Below are positions 1 through 11,602 of a DNA stretch of 62,036 bases, one piece after another. Source of the DNA: Fonticula alba ATCC 38817 (Eukaryota; Protista; Nucleariida); NCBI GenBank assembly GCA_000388065.2, contig KB932201.1; one strand, written 5' to 3'. How positions within the stretch are numbered: the first letter of the stretch is position 1; every line of letters starts with the position of its first letter. The notes below the pieces were generated by a model that had not been told where the DNA came from, searched no databases, and was given only the letters and a program-made list of their open reading frames with translations. The position numbers and the translations under genes are program-made.

Positions 1-78
1 GGGGACAGGAGGGGGGGGGGGGGGCAAAAAGGAGATACAGGGTCAGAAAGTGCGAAGAGAGAGATAGAGTGCGCGCGC

Positions 79-113
<35 letters not shown>

Positions 114-138
114 AAGAGCATGTGCAGGGAGGACGCAC

Positions 139-2530
139 CCTCGACCACGGCCAAAATGCCAGTGTTAATGTCATCTACCTCCAGTTCGGACAAGCTATTC
201 AGGTGCCCAAGGCAGTGGTCCAGTGCGGCCGGCACCGCGGTGGCCACCTTCCCCAGGCCGTTGAGGGCCGCGGTGACGATGCTCTTTTTGGGGTCCAGAG
301 CATATTGACTGAAGGCAGGCTCAGCCAAAGGGAGGGGGGGGGGCGGGAAGGAGGGGGGGAGCGAGGGCGACAGTCAGAGGGGGGGGGGAAGAGGCGCAGT
401 CGCACGCGAATGGGCATGCATCGAGCAGGCAGAAGGAGGGACAGGGAGAGCAGCAGAGAAAGAGCCAAGCAGAGCCGGGCAAAGGCCCTGGCAGCCGGGG
501 GATGACTCTACCTCAGTTCATCGACGATGATGCCATAGTTGGTGGCGGTGGCCGACTGTGCCAGGAGGGCGATCTTCTGGCAGCGGAGGAAAGTCGACTC
601 GTTGTACTTAAGGAAGAACACCCGGAAGTCGCGCTCCATCAGGGCGGGCCAGCGGCGCATGAGCATTCGCAAGTGCTGATTAATGATGTAGATCAGCTCC
701 GGGCAGTTGGCCGACATCAGGGTGACCAGAGAGTCTAATGTGTGTGTGTGTGTGTGTGCGCGCGTGAGGGAGAGAGAGAGAGAGAGAGAGAAAGGGAGGG
801 AGGGAAGGATGGGAGGGATGGCGGTCAGGTCGGCATGCAAGGAGATGCTAGCTCGGGAGGGGGGAAAGAAAAAGAAAGGCCGACTGGCCTGGTGGCAAAC
901 AAACCCTTCAGACGTGTGGACACATCGGCATGCAGCTCCGGGAAGTTTTCCGTATACAGGATGAAGAGCTTGGCGCAGGCGAGCACGACGCCGGAGTTGG
1001 TGTGCTTCAGGTTGCCGTCGATGACATTCTGGAGGCCATGAAAAGCGGGGAAGCCGGCGCGGAGGATCAGTCAGGCAAAGACCATGTGGGGACACATTGG
1101 CATCTGGGGAAGAGCACGCACCAGGACGTCGAATAGCTCGTCCTCATTCCTGGGCAGGAAGTGCCGCGCCAGAGCGGTGAGGACCGTATGCATGCCCCAC
1201 TCATTGAATGTCGGCAGCCGGGCGAGCAGCAGCTGGACCACCTCGGCGGAGCTGAGCTCTGGGGCACCGGCATCGGCTTGGATCTCCTCCAGCGCAGTAA
1301 GGGCGCCCACTGGAGAAGTGTGTTAGAAGACGGGGGAGGGGGGGGGGGCGAGAGCGGACAGAGCGGGCAAGATGGGCATACCGACAACAAGGGGGTCCTT
1401 ATCACGAAGCATGTGGAGCAAGGAGGGAATGATGGAATACTCTGCCAGGAGGGGAGAGGGGGGGGGGGGCGGGCAAGATTGGGGTGAGTGGATGGGCAAG
1501 GGTCGACAGAGAGAAGGCGACGGCCGGTGGATGTGGCCTTCTTCCTCCCCCCGCCCCGTCGGCAGCGTACCCTCCACCAGGTGGGGCGCCAGGTAGGAGA
1601 TCTTGGCAGCGGCCAGGGCCGAGATCTTCCGGACATAGGAGCTGCTGTCGGCCATCAGCTGCTTGGCCACGGGGAAGACATATTCCGCCAAGGAGGGGAT
1701 GCTGGAAAGGAGGGAGAGGTGGAAAGAGGCGGGGGAGGGATACCGGGGAGACACGGGTGGAACCCGGCATTAGAACGAGGGAAGGGGGCATTTGGCGGAG
1801 GAGATGAGCCCGGGAGACCAGCCGAAGGAGAGGTCTCGTACCGCAGGGAGCTCAAGCTGCGAAGGGCCAAGCCACGGACAATGGGGTTGCTATCGTGGCA
1901 GTCCTATGGGGTCGGGCAAAGTTGGCAGGTGAGCATGCGAGATGGCGGTCGATCGCCGGGGTGGGGACGGGCAGGGGGATCACACCGGGGTGTACCTTCT
2001 GCAGGGTGTTCACCACAAGCAGCGCAAGCTCCGAGTTGGAGTCCGCATAGTTGCACAGAAAGAGGTACACCAGCTTTCGCTGGATCATGCTCTGAGTGTT
2101 GGTGGCCTGGAGACGCGGGTTGTGGGGCAGCAGTTGGTTCATGTGCGAGAAGGGCATGGACGGGGGGGGGGAAGGAGTCAGTGGGAGGAGAAGAGAGGGG
2201 GAGGGGGGAGGGAGCGAAGAAGGAGGCATCCTGAAGGTGAGGGGAGGAAGAGCGCGCAGTCTGGTACGAACGATCACAAGCTCCGAGAAGAGGGACGACA
2301 CATCGATGCCCTGGGTCATGTAGGAGATGGTTCGCTTGACATACTTCAGGTACTTCTCTGGGTCGCGCTGATTCTCTGGGCTGAAGCGGACAGGGGGTTA
2401 GCTTGGCCGATCGAGGGGGCTCCGGGGAGGGACAACTGACAAGCGGGCGGCGGGCGCACCTGCGCAACTGCAGGCGCAGCTGGTTGACCTCGCGGCTGTG
2501 ATCCTGCAGGGTCATTGCCCGGCCGCTCAT
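139..2530 (-). CDS. AP4B1: AP-4 complex beta subunit (beta-4 adaptin), multi-exon; 3' end runs off the window start
   Basis: Spliced exons read MSGRAMTLQDHSREVNQLRLQLR|PENQRDPEKYLKYVKRTISYMTQGIDVSSLFSELVI|..IQRKLVYLFLCNYADSNSELALLVVNTLQK|DCHDSNPIVRGLALRSLSSLR|..SSYVRKISALAAAKI..|LPRNEDELFDVL|..FFLKYNESTFLRCQKIALL..IVDELR. This is the adaptin N-terminal HEAT trunk. YMTQGID-S, PRNEDELFD-L and FF-KYNE fit beta-4 (YMTQGLDMS, PRSEEELFDIL) better than beta-1/2. Internal exon limits are approximate. Confidence 0.85.
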
Positions 2531-4014
2531 GGTGTTGTTTCCGAGCAGTAGGGAAAGCGGAGGGGGAAGGGGCGGGGGGAAGAGGGGCACAGCGAAAGGG
2601 GGAAGGAGAGCGGGAGGGGGGGCTGTCTTGCCTGTGGTGCCTGGCCACCAGCTCGCGGGGGACTTTTCACCTCCGGCTGTCCTCTTGTCGGAGGAGGGCT
2701 GCCAAGAAGGAGCGCCGGGGGCGCGCGCTTGCCAGCCTCCCGGCAGGCACCCGGGGCGGCCGGCAAACAGGGAGATTGGCCTGGCGCGTGCGATGGGGGC
2801 TTGTTTATTTTTCTGCCATGGCTTTTTCGCAGGACCTAAGCGTGGGCTGTCGCGCACGTGCGCCTCGCGCTGGGACGTGATTCGGATTTAAACCTGTCCT
2901 TTTGTCCTGCTTTGACCGAAACGGTTGGGCCCCGGCTCGCGGTGGTTGGCCGGGGCCGGGGTCGGAGCCGGAGCCGGAGCTGTGGGCGGGGGGCGGGGGG
3001 CGGGGGCGGCGAGGGGGGGGCGTCCACTTGTATTGGGCGGCGGGTGACAGGCTGCCTCGGCCCCATCCTTCCGTGGGGGGGGGGGGGGTTGCTGCCCATG
3101 CTCGCTGTCCAGGTGCGGAGGAGGCTGATTTGTGTGATCCGCGTCGCGGGGCCAGGCCCCGATTGGGAAAAGTAACGGACAGCCAACCAGCCAGCAGGGG
3201 GGGGGGGCGGGGACGCAGGGCGCTGGCAGTGGCGGGACTTTCCCGGGGCGCAACCCGGACAAAAATGAAATGCAGCCGCGGTCGGCAGCCATCGCCGTAG
3301 ATCGCGCATGCTTGCCATTCACTCGGGAGGAGGCTCATGGCGGTTCACAACGGTCTCGCGCGCGCGCGCGCGCGTGTGTCTTGGTGAGCCTGTCCCTCCA
3401 GGGGGGAGGGCGCAAGGCGAGTGAGTGGGTGTTTGTGTTAACACCCACGGGCAGCCGGCAAGGCATGATTCGAGGGGAAGATCTGCCCCGGGGTGCATAC
3501 CCAAGATCGAGGCCGGGCTGCAGCTCAGGAGCCAGGTGTGCTTTGGCATCCTGCGGGCGGGTGCCCATGCACCTCGTGGCGAATCCAAGTAAAAGCGGGG
3601 CGCTGATGTGTGTGTGTGTGTGCGTGTGCGCGCGCGCACGCATATATGTGTCTGTGGGTGGAGGCGGAGGCGTGAGGAACGGCCCAAGCCGGCCGAAGCG
3701 CGATCGGAACTCAAGACGCTGCGGGGGAACGGGGCGCCCCCTTCCGCCGGGGCTTCCGCACTCCGCTTCCCTACTCCAAACACTTGCTGCGCCCCTGTTC
3801 CTCTCCTTCTGTCCCTGCTCGCCCTTCCACCTCCCCCCTCCTTCTCCCGATCCCACCCTGCCGAGCGCCCCCCCCGATCCGTTTCCTGCCCCCCCCCCTC
3901 TCTCTCTCTGGTCCTTGCTGTCTGGGCCTCCCTTTGCCTGCCAACTCGACCCCGCTGGCTGAGCCTGCCTTCCCTCTTGTATTCGCCGGCCAGCCGCTCG
4001 GCAACTCCTTGTGC

Positions 4015-4057
<43 letters not shown>

Positions 4058-4166
4058 CCTGTGACACACGCCCGGCTGGCGCATCTAGCGACCGGTTTCC
4101 CCTCCCCTTTCGTTCCAGCCTGCTTGCCGGAGGAGGGACCCCCCCCCCTGAAAGACCAAGCCTGCC

Positions 4167-5492
4167 ATGACCTCAGCCGCCGCGCAGTCAAGCGAGCCGG
4201 AGCCGCGCCCGGCCATGGCCTCAATTCCCTCGGATTCCACCTCGCTGCCGTTGGCTGCAAGTCGTCCTCCGTTGCCTCCGTCGGCCGCCTCATCGAAGGG
4301 AGCCGGATCGGTGGGCGCTTCGCCGGCGGTCTTCCCCAACGGCGAGTCACTATCCGGCGGCGGGCCTGGGGCGCGCGCAAACAAGGAGCTATTTGTCGCC
4401 TCGACACCCAGCCGGACGCCACGCAGCGACCGGTCCTCCGCCGGGCCGATCTTGCCCGGGACTCCGGGCAGCAGCGGCGGTAGCAGCAACACCGGTGGCG
4501 GCACATACCCAGGGGGACAGCCCCCGGGCGGTGTCTTCCGCGATTGCCTTCCCTCCACGTTCGGGCTGTTTACCTCCACCGAGCCGGCCCCCCTGGAGCC
4601 CGGATCGCAGCCGCCCCACCTCGCCCTGGCCCATGTTCTCGGCCTGTCGGTTCGTACCGGGCCCTTGCCCTGCCCCTGCTAGCCGTCTCCCGGTGTCTGC
4701 CGCGAGCATGGCGGCGTGGCTGCCACCAGCCAATGCCTGTTCGTTCCTCACGCCATTTCCCTCCTCGCCTCCCCTCCCGCCGGTCGACCCTGAATGGCCC
4801 ATGGACATGCGCCCCCTGAAGAAACGCATTCGCAAGCCCTTGTCCCGGCCGGCGGTCCGGCGCTGGGCCCGGTGCGAGTATTTCTACTCGCCGGTCGACT
4901 CGGTCATCTTCCAAGATGGCTTGAACTCCAATCGCGAGGCCATCTCCTCGACCATCGCCGACCAGCTGGCCTCGCATGGGGTGTTCGATGTGCGTGTCTG
5001 TGGGCTCCCGCCGCCGCCTCCCCTGTGGGAGATGTTACTTGTGTGTCCTCTGGCTGACTCGCCTCCTTTACGCCAGGTATCCAAACTGTCACCCGGACAG
5101 TGGCACACCCTCAAGCGCCGGTACCTGCGGCCGGCACGGCGCTTCTCCGACGCCTTCTTGCGCGAGGAGCTGACTCGGATCGGCCGCCTCCGGACCGCCA
5201 TCTATGGCATCCAGTCTTCACATGGCCTGGTCCGTCTGCCGTATCGATGTCCTCCCCCGAATGCATCGCCCAGCTGACCGTTTCCGCCGCGCCTGGCCCT
5301 CCTCCTCCTCCTCCCCTCCCTTGAACTGCCTCCCACTGGGTCCTCTCCCTTGCCCATGGAAATGCCCATCCCCAGGTCCCGGATGACATCGATCCCGAGG
5401 TGGATGTCCCGCTTCAAGTCCCGGCGCATCTGGTCGTTGGGACCATTGTCAAAGGTGCGGGCGCGTGCGCGCGCTTGCGCGCGCGTGTGTGC

Positions 5493-5525
<33 letters not shown>

Positions 5526-8500
5526 TGTGTGCACCTGTCCCCGGGTGCTGGCCATGCCGCGCCGCTGGGCGATTGAGGCTAACCTTGGCCACTTGCTTGT
5601 CCCTCCGGGCGGCAGTTCGCATCTATGAGTCCATGTCGCCGGCTTGGCTGGCACAGCTGGCCAGCCAGGCGGGCGGCTTCCTCCTTGGCCGGGTGGTGGC
5701 GGTCGATGTGGCGGCCGGTCGTTATTTGGTGCACTTCGTTGATCGCGCCGATGCCCTCTACTCGCCGCCACCATTGGCTGGCGCTTCGCAAGGCGGCGCC
5801 ATCCTGTCGGTGGCCGAGCAGGACATCCTCGTACGTCATGTGCCCGCTCGGCCCGGCAACACCTTGAATGCTGGGCCGTCCGGTGTGGCACTCTCCTTGC
5901 CCCCCCCCGTCCCCCTGTGCTTGACACTGGCCCTGACCCCCAGTTGCTTTTCTCTCTCTCTCTCTCTCTCTCTGTGTGTGGGGGGGGCCTTCTTGCCATG
6001 ATCAGCCTCTTCGGCCATCGGAAATGTTGGCCGTGTCTGTGGCCATTGACTCGGCGACCACGGCCACCGCGGCGGCGGTGGCCGCCGCCGCCGCCGCCGC
6101 CGCAACGGCCACCCCCGGTAGCACCGATGCGGGTGGCTTGCTTGTTGGGGGTGTGCCAACCGGGCTGCTGGGCCCCGGGACTGGGCTTCCGGCCGTGCCG
6201 CCGTCACCCCTGGCCGCCACTCCAACCGCCTCGCGGACATTCTCCTTCAGTCTCGGGGCCGAGTCGCCGGCTGCCGGGGCGGATCTCGTGACGCGACTCA
6301 CAAGTACCCCCTCCTCCGGGACATCATTGCGTGCCACCACCCCGAGCGCCACCGGTGCCGGGGCTCCTCCATCGCCCTTTGCATATGGCCTGCGGACGCC
6401 CTCGCGCAGTGGCACCGCCCCGGCCCTGGCGGCCGCCGTGACAACCCCCCACCGGGCTTCCTTGTCGGCGTCGGCACTGACCGCGGCCGCGGCCGCGTCG
6501 CTGACATCGCCGCGTGGCTCGCGCGAGCCGCCCACCCCGCTTGGTATGTAGCCACGCATGCGAGTCCACATGCCAGCCTGGTCGCCATGCGCGCCCGCCA
6601 GCATGCCTATGCGAGGGCGAGAGGGCGAAAGAGACAGGGGGAAAATGGAACAGGAAGAAGAAGCCCTGGACGCCCTGCCCCCGCTGACTTGGTTCCCTCC
6701 CCCCCCCCTCCCCCCTCCCCTCAACCACTGCCGCTTGCTGTCCCCCCCCCCCCCCCCGCCCCCTCCTGCAGTGCCCCTCTCGCCAGCTCGGCCGGCGACG
6801 ACGCACAAATTCCATGCCGTGCGTAGCTTGCTGAACTTGGAACGCCAGCTGCAGGTCAAGCGCGTGCTGCTGGATCACCTGGCCGAAATCAATCACCATG
6901 CGGCGGCCCGGCTGCGCAAGGCCCGTGCGGATGCCGGGCCCGGCGGCGCGTCCACAGCCATGGCACCAGCCGCCCCGCCGCATGAGTGGAGTCCCGACTT
7001 CCGGATGTACTATGCGCGCATTCTGGCCGCCCTGGCCTCCCTGGACTCGTCCATCAGTGCGGCTGCCCTGCAGGTGTCCAATCACCTCTGGCTGATGGAC
7101 CGCCAGCGTGGGGTCAGCGCGGCGGCCGCGGCATTGATGGTGTGTCCCCCCCTTGCCGAGCCAGCCCCTCCGGCTCCCTTTCCACCTCCGCCGCGGCGTC
7201 CTCCGCCCCCTCCTCTCAGCGTCCATCTGCCCGGCCGGGCTGTGGGCTGTGTCTTGGTGCTTACTGACACTTCTCCGGGTCTCTTGCTGGGCCTCCCTCC
7301 CGCCCCCTCGGGAATGCTCCCAGCCACGCTCGGTTGACACGACATCCGACGCGGAGTTCGGGGAGCTCGGTGGCTTTGAGGACTTGGATCCGGAGGCCGT
7401 TCGTGCGTCGGATCAGGCTCTCTTCAAGTTCAGCCAGCTGGCCGCCAGCACCCGGGCAGCCGCCATTTATCGGGACCTGTGTGTGGCGCATACGTTCCGC
7501 TCGTCGGCCCTCCTGCGCCAAGCCATCGACACCTTGGGCCAAATCCTGGGCCCAGGGGCATTGGACCAGGCCCCGGCCGCGTCGATTGCCCCAGGCACTC
7601 CGGCCAGCCGGCATCCTGCGGGATCCCACCGGGGCCGCGATGTCGCCAGCCCCCAGACTGGCTCTGGCTCATCATCATCATCATCATCATCGACGGGCAT
7701 GGCCATGGTCGGAAGTCCCTTCACACTGTCGCCGGGGTCGCCGGACATCGACCTGTCCAATCCACTGTCGCTTCTGGCCCGGGCCGCCATTCAGTCCCCG
7801 CCACAGCCATCGCTCGGTGTGGCCCCGGACACGGGGTCACCAGCATCTCCGGCCGGCCAAGTCCTCGGTGTGTCTGTGGGACCTTTGGCCCCTTGTTGGA
7901 CACCTTGCCCCCCCCCCCCGCCCCCCCTCTCTCTCTCCCCCTCTCCCCCTCTCCCTCTTGCCTTGCATTTCCGGCTGACTTATCCTAACCCCTCCTCCTT
8001 TCGTGTGTCCCGCACAGCCGCCAGCAACCGGGACCCGACACAGGCCTTGCGATTTGTCCGCCTGGCCATTGAGTTCCTGCTGTCCATGCGGGCGGTGGCC
8101 GGTGCCCCTGCCCCGAGCATCCCCTTGTCGGCTCCGTCATCCACGCGCGAGGCGGCCCTGGCCAATGCCAAAAGTGCGTCCCTCTTCTCGGTGCTAGATG
8201 TGGCGGCTCGCGAAACCGGTCGCCTCATGGTGGCCAATCAGGCCGCAGCGGCATGCCCACCGACACCGGTCGGCGGGGTGGCGCCGCCGGTGGCAAGTAC
8301 CGCCGGCGACCGGATAGCCGGCCTGTTGGCCGGGCCGCCGGGGTCCCTGACCGCCGCCGCGGTGCAGCCGGTCCCCGAGGACTCGATGTCCGACGTCGGC
8401 ATCTTGGACCTAGATGCGACGAGCCTCGGCGCGACGGCTGCCTTCCAGGCCAGTGTCCTGTCCCTGGTGCAGGTGTACTCGGCCATCGCCGGGCAGGCAT

Positions 8501-8993
8501 CGGCTCGGGAGGGCCCCTCGGCCGGCACGCCGGGCGAACTGGCTTCCGGTGGCGACCCCATCGGTGGCATGGAGTCCGGCCCGACACCCGAGCAGATGCA
8601 CCACGCTTTGCAGGCTTTCAGCTCGGCGGTCCAGCGGACGGCCCAAACGTTGGGGATTTCCCTGGCGACGGTGGACTCGAAGTCCGGCCCACCGGGTCTT
8701 GGGCAGCTCCTGCCCGACGCCACGACCTTGCTTCCGGGCTTCCCGGCGCGGCCGAGCCTGGAGGTGGTTGCCGCCGCCGGGGGAGGTGACATTTTCGACC
8801 TGCTCGAGCCATCCATCGAGTGTCCGGTGGTCGTCGTGCGCGATGTGGATCTGCTCACCGGGCGCGGAGATGGACATGCCGCGCCTCCCATCGTGGGCAC
8901 TTGCACGACACCGGTCGCCGGCGATGGGGGGACAGCCTCCCGCCGGGAGGGCCTGCCGACACAGAGCCCGCTCTTTCGCTGTGGCGACCAGGA

Positions 8994-9063
<70 letters not shown>

Positions 9064-9900
9064 GGCGGCATCCTCAGCGCCAGCACCAGCACTCCCAACG
9101 CTGGAGACGCTGCTGGCGGCGGTGGCGTAGACCCTGGCACCGGGCCCGGGTCCAGGCCTGGGGTTGAGTCTGGTGGGAGAGCTGGGTCGAATGGTGGGTC
9201 TTCCACGGATCCGGAACCCGCGGAGGGGCTTCCCCCACCGGCCGAGGTGCTGTCCCTGCTGCCATTCCCCCCAACTGGGGAGCTGCTGGATGCCCGGCCG
9301 GCGAGCCCCTCCCCACAGGATGGTCCCCGGCGGCGGCGTCCTATTGAGGGCGATGAGTCGCCCACGTGTGCGATCAAGCGCCCGAAGACCGAGGCTCCTG
9401 GGTCCCTCTCGTCGACGTCCCTCCCGCGGGCCGAGTCGGCCGGGCTGGACTTGCTCTTCTCGGTGGCGGACTCGGTCTCCCAGGGGGACTTGCTGCTGGA
9501 CTCGGCGGCGGGCCCGCGTCTGGAGAAGACGCCGCCCCTGGGCGAGGCAGGCTCCTCGTCAGGGCCACCGACGCCGTCGCTGCCTGTGGCAGGCTCCGTC
9601 GATGGCCCCGGGGTTGTCATCGCCGCCGCCGCCGCCACCGCCGCCGCCGCCGCCACTGCTGCTGCTCCTATGTCGGACAATGTGGCGGCGATGTTGGTTG
9701 ATGAGTCGCTTCCGTCAACGCCGCTGGTTCGGCGGGTGGCAGTGACCCCCATCGGGGAGGCTGACGAGGGCGGCGCCAAGGAGGCGGGCCACGGCTTGGC
9801 GGCTGCGGGTGGTCCTCCTCCGCTGAAGGGTGATTGTGCGATGCGGGCAGCGGCAGCACCCCTGCCGGACACCGACGCCACGGTCAGCTCGACGGACTGA
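4167..9900 (+). CDS. LIN9: LIN9/Mip130/ALY homolog (DREAM-MuvB subunit): DIRP domain, Tudor-like domain, coiled coil and long low-complexity C-terminal extension
   Basis: DIRP-like RRWARCEYFYSPVDSVIF (cf. KWCIYEWFYSNIDKPLF) and KLSPGQWHTLKRRYLRPARRFSDAFLREE (cf. KLTRVEWGKIRRLMGKPRRCSSAFFEEE). Tudor-like GFLLGRVVAVDVAAGRYLVHFVDR. Coiled coil LERQLQVKRVLLDHLAEIN..DFRMYYARILAALASLD (cf. EFQRRYATIVLELEQLN). The domain order matches LIN9. Exon boundaries are approximate. Confidence 0.8.
8995..9069 (+). repeat. (GGC)n trinucleotide run encoding 25 consecutive glycines within LIN9
   Basis: Directly visible GGC/GGT run, in frame with ORF 7153..9900. Confidence 0.95.
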
Positions 9901-11602
9901 CGCGTCGTCCCCCCGCTCCCTGGGGCCTGCCTCGGCCCTCGCACTCCGAGAGGCATATGCATGGGGGGAGCCTCATGTGTGTTTTATGTGTGCGCGCATG
10001 GGGTAGTACGAGCCCTCCGTGCTCCCTCGGTCCCTCGTGCAACAGCTCTGGGGCTGGACGTGTTTGCCCTTGCGCATGCGTGAACCTGGCGCGCTTCGCA
10101 CCCAGGCACACGCGCACACACGCACCTATATAAATATGTTTATATTTATGAATACACACCCACTCTCTCTTTCTCGCGCACACACACACAGGCCAACATG
10201 CCTGGGTGCAACTGCTGCCCCCTCTGCGAGAGGCTGACTTGCTGCACATCCTCTAAGGTGCCAGGAGAACACACAGGCATTTTGCTTGAGGGGCGAGGGA
10301 AGAGGTGCATGCGCACCTAGGGGGACGCACCCACGCGATCGCGTGTGGCCCAAGCTGGGACGGGCGAGCGAGGGGGTGCGGTGAAAATGACAGGTCCTTG
10401 GGGAGGGAGGCGGCAAGGGGGGGGAGCAAGGGGTGCCAGGCCTGATTGTCCATCAATCGCCGCGGGTCGCCGGACCCCGGCCCGGCCCGGAAGGGACAAG
10501 CGCTGGCGGGTGGCAGGACCGATCGAGAACCACCTGCCAACGGAGACCTATTAACACCCTTGGCACGATCGCCCTGGCTGTGCACGCCACCTGCATGGTG
10601 GGCGGGGGGGGGGGGGAGCACAGGCGCGCGATGCCAGGAGACTCACTTCGACGGCCCACAGGCCGATATGACCGGCGTGGAATACGCCCCGCGATTTCCC
10701 CCCCCCCCCCCCCCCTGGCCGGTGGCCGCTGTCCGGTTAATCCGGCCCGTGCCCGGTCGCCGGCAATGACGCTTTTGAGCGCCTCGGCACCGAGGGGAGC
10801 GCCTGCACGCCAGCACCCGGCGCCGCGCCCCTCCCCCCTGTTCCACCCCCGGAAGGATCAGGCTGCGCCGAAGCCGGCACCCCGGGGAAGCCCGCGAGAG
10901 TCAGGGACTGGGCCGGCAAGAGCCAGCGAGATGGGGAAGACACTTGGGCGAGAAACTCCGGGTGCTTGCCCCCTGGGGGCCCTGTCATTTTCCGCGACAC
11001 CGATCCCCCCCCCCCCTCCCCCCGCGCCCGGCCAAGGGGAGGGATGTTTAAATTTGGATCACCGGCCCCAGCTTCCGGCGGATCTCCCGTCGCCCCGGTC
11101 CCGGCGCCGGGAGCATACCGACCGTGTCTCTCTGTGCCGCGGGTGTGCTCGGGTGCGCATGCTCCTCCTCCTCCTCCTCCTCGGGCGCGCACAGCACACA
11201 GGCGGCCGGGCACCAGTTGGGGGTCACGATCCGGGTTTTTTTCCCGCTCCCCTCGGAGCGCCGGACTCCCCCGCCAGATCAGCCATTTCCCAGTCGGCCC
11301 AAAAGCCGCACCACCCTGCCCCCCCGCCCCCTCCTTCTTCCCTCTATTCCACTTTCCCTTCCTGCCTCCACCCACCCCCTCCCTCTCATCACTCCTCCTC
11401 CTCCTCCCTCTTTCTCTTTCATACCCGCTCCCCCCCCCCTCCCCGCCCGCTCTGAGCCCCACCTGGAGTAGGTCAGTCGCGGTGCCCCTCCCCCCTCTCC
11501 CCCCCCCCCCCCTCCCCTCCCCCGCTCGATCCGTTGTAGTCCGCGCTCGTCAGCCCCATCCATGGCAGTCGGCCGCCCGGCGCGCTGCTCGGGGCATTCA
11601 CC

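Noticed and set aside
2880-2895. CHR-like TTTAAA in the AP4B1/LIN9 divergent promoter (possible MuvB autoregulation)
   Set aside because: A single hexamer ~1.3 kb from the LIN9 ATG with no TSS data or convincing CDE; not distinguishable from chance.
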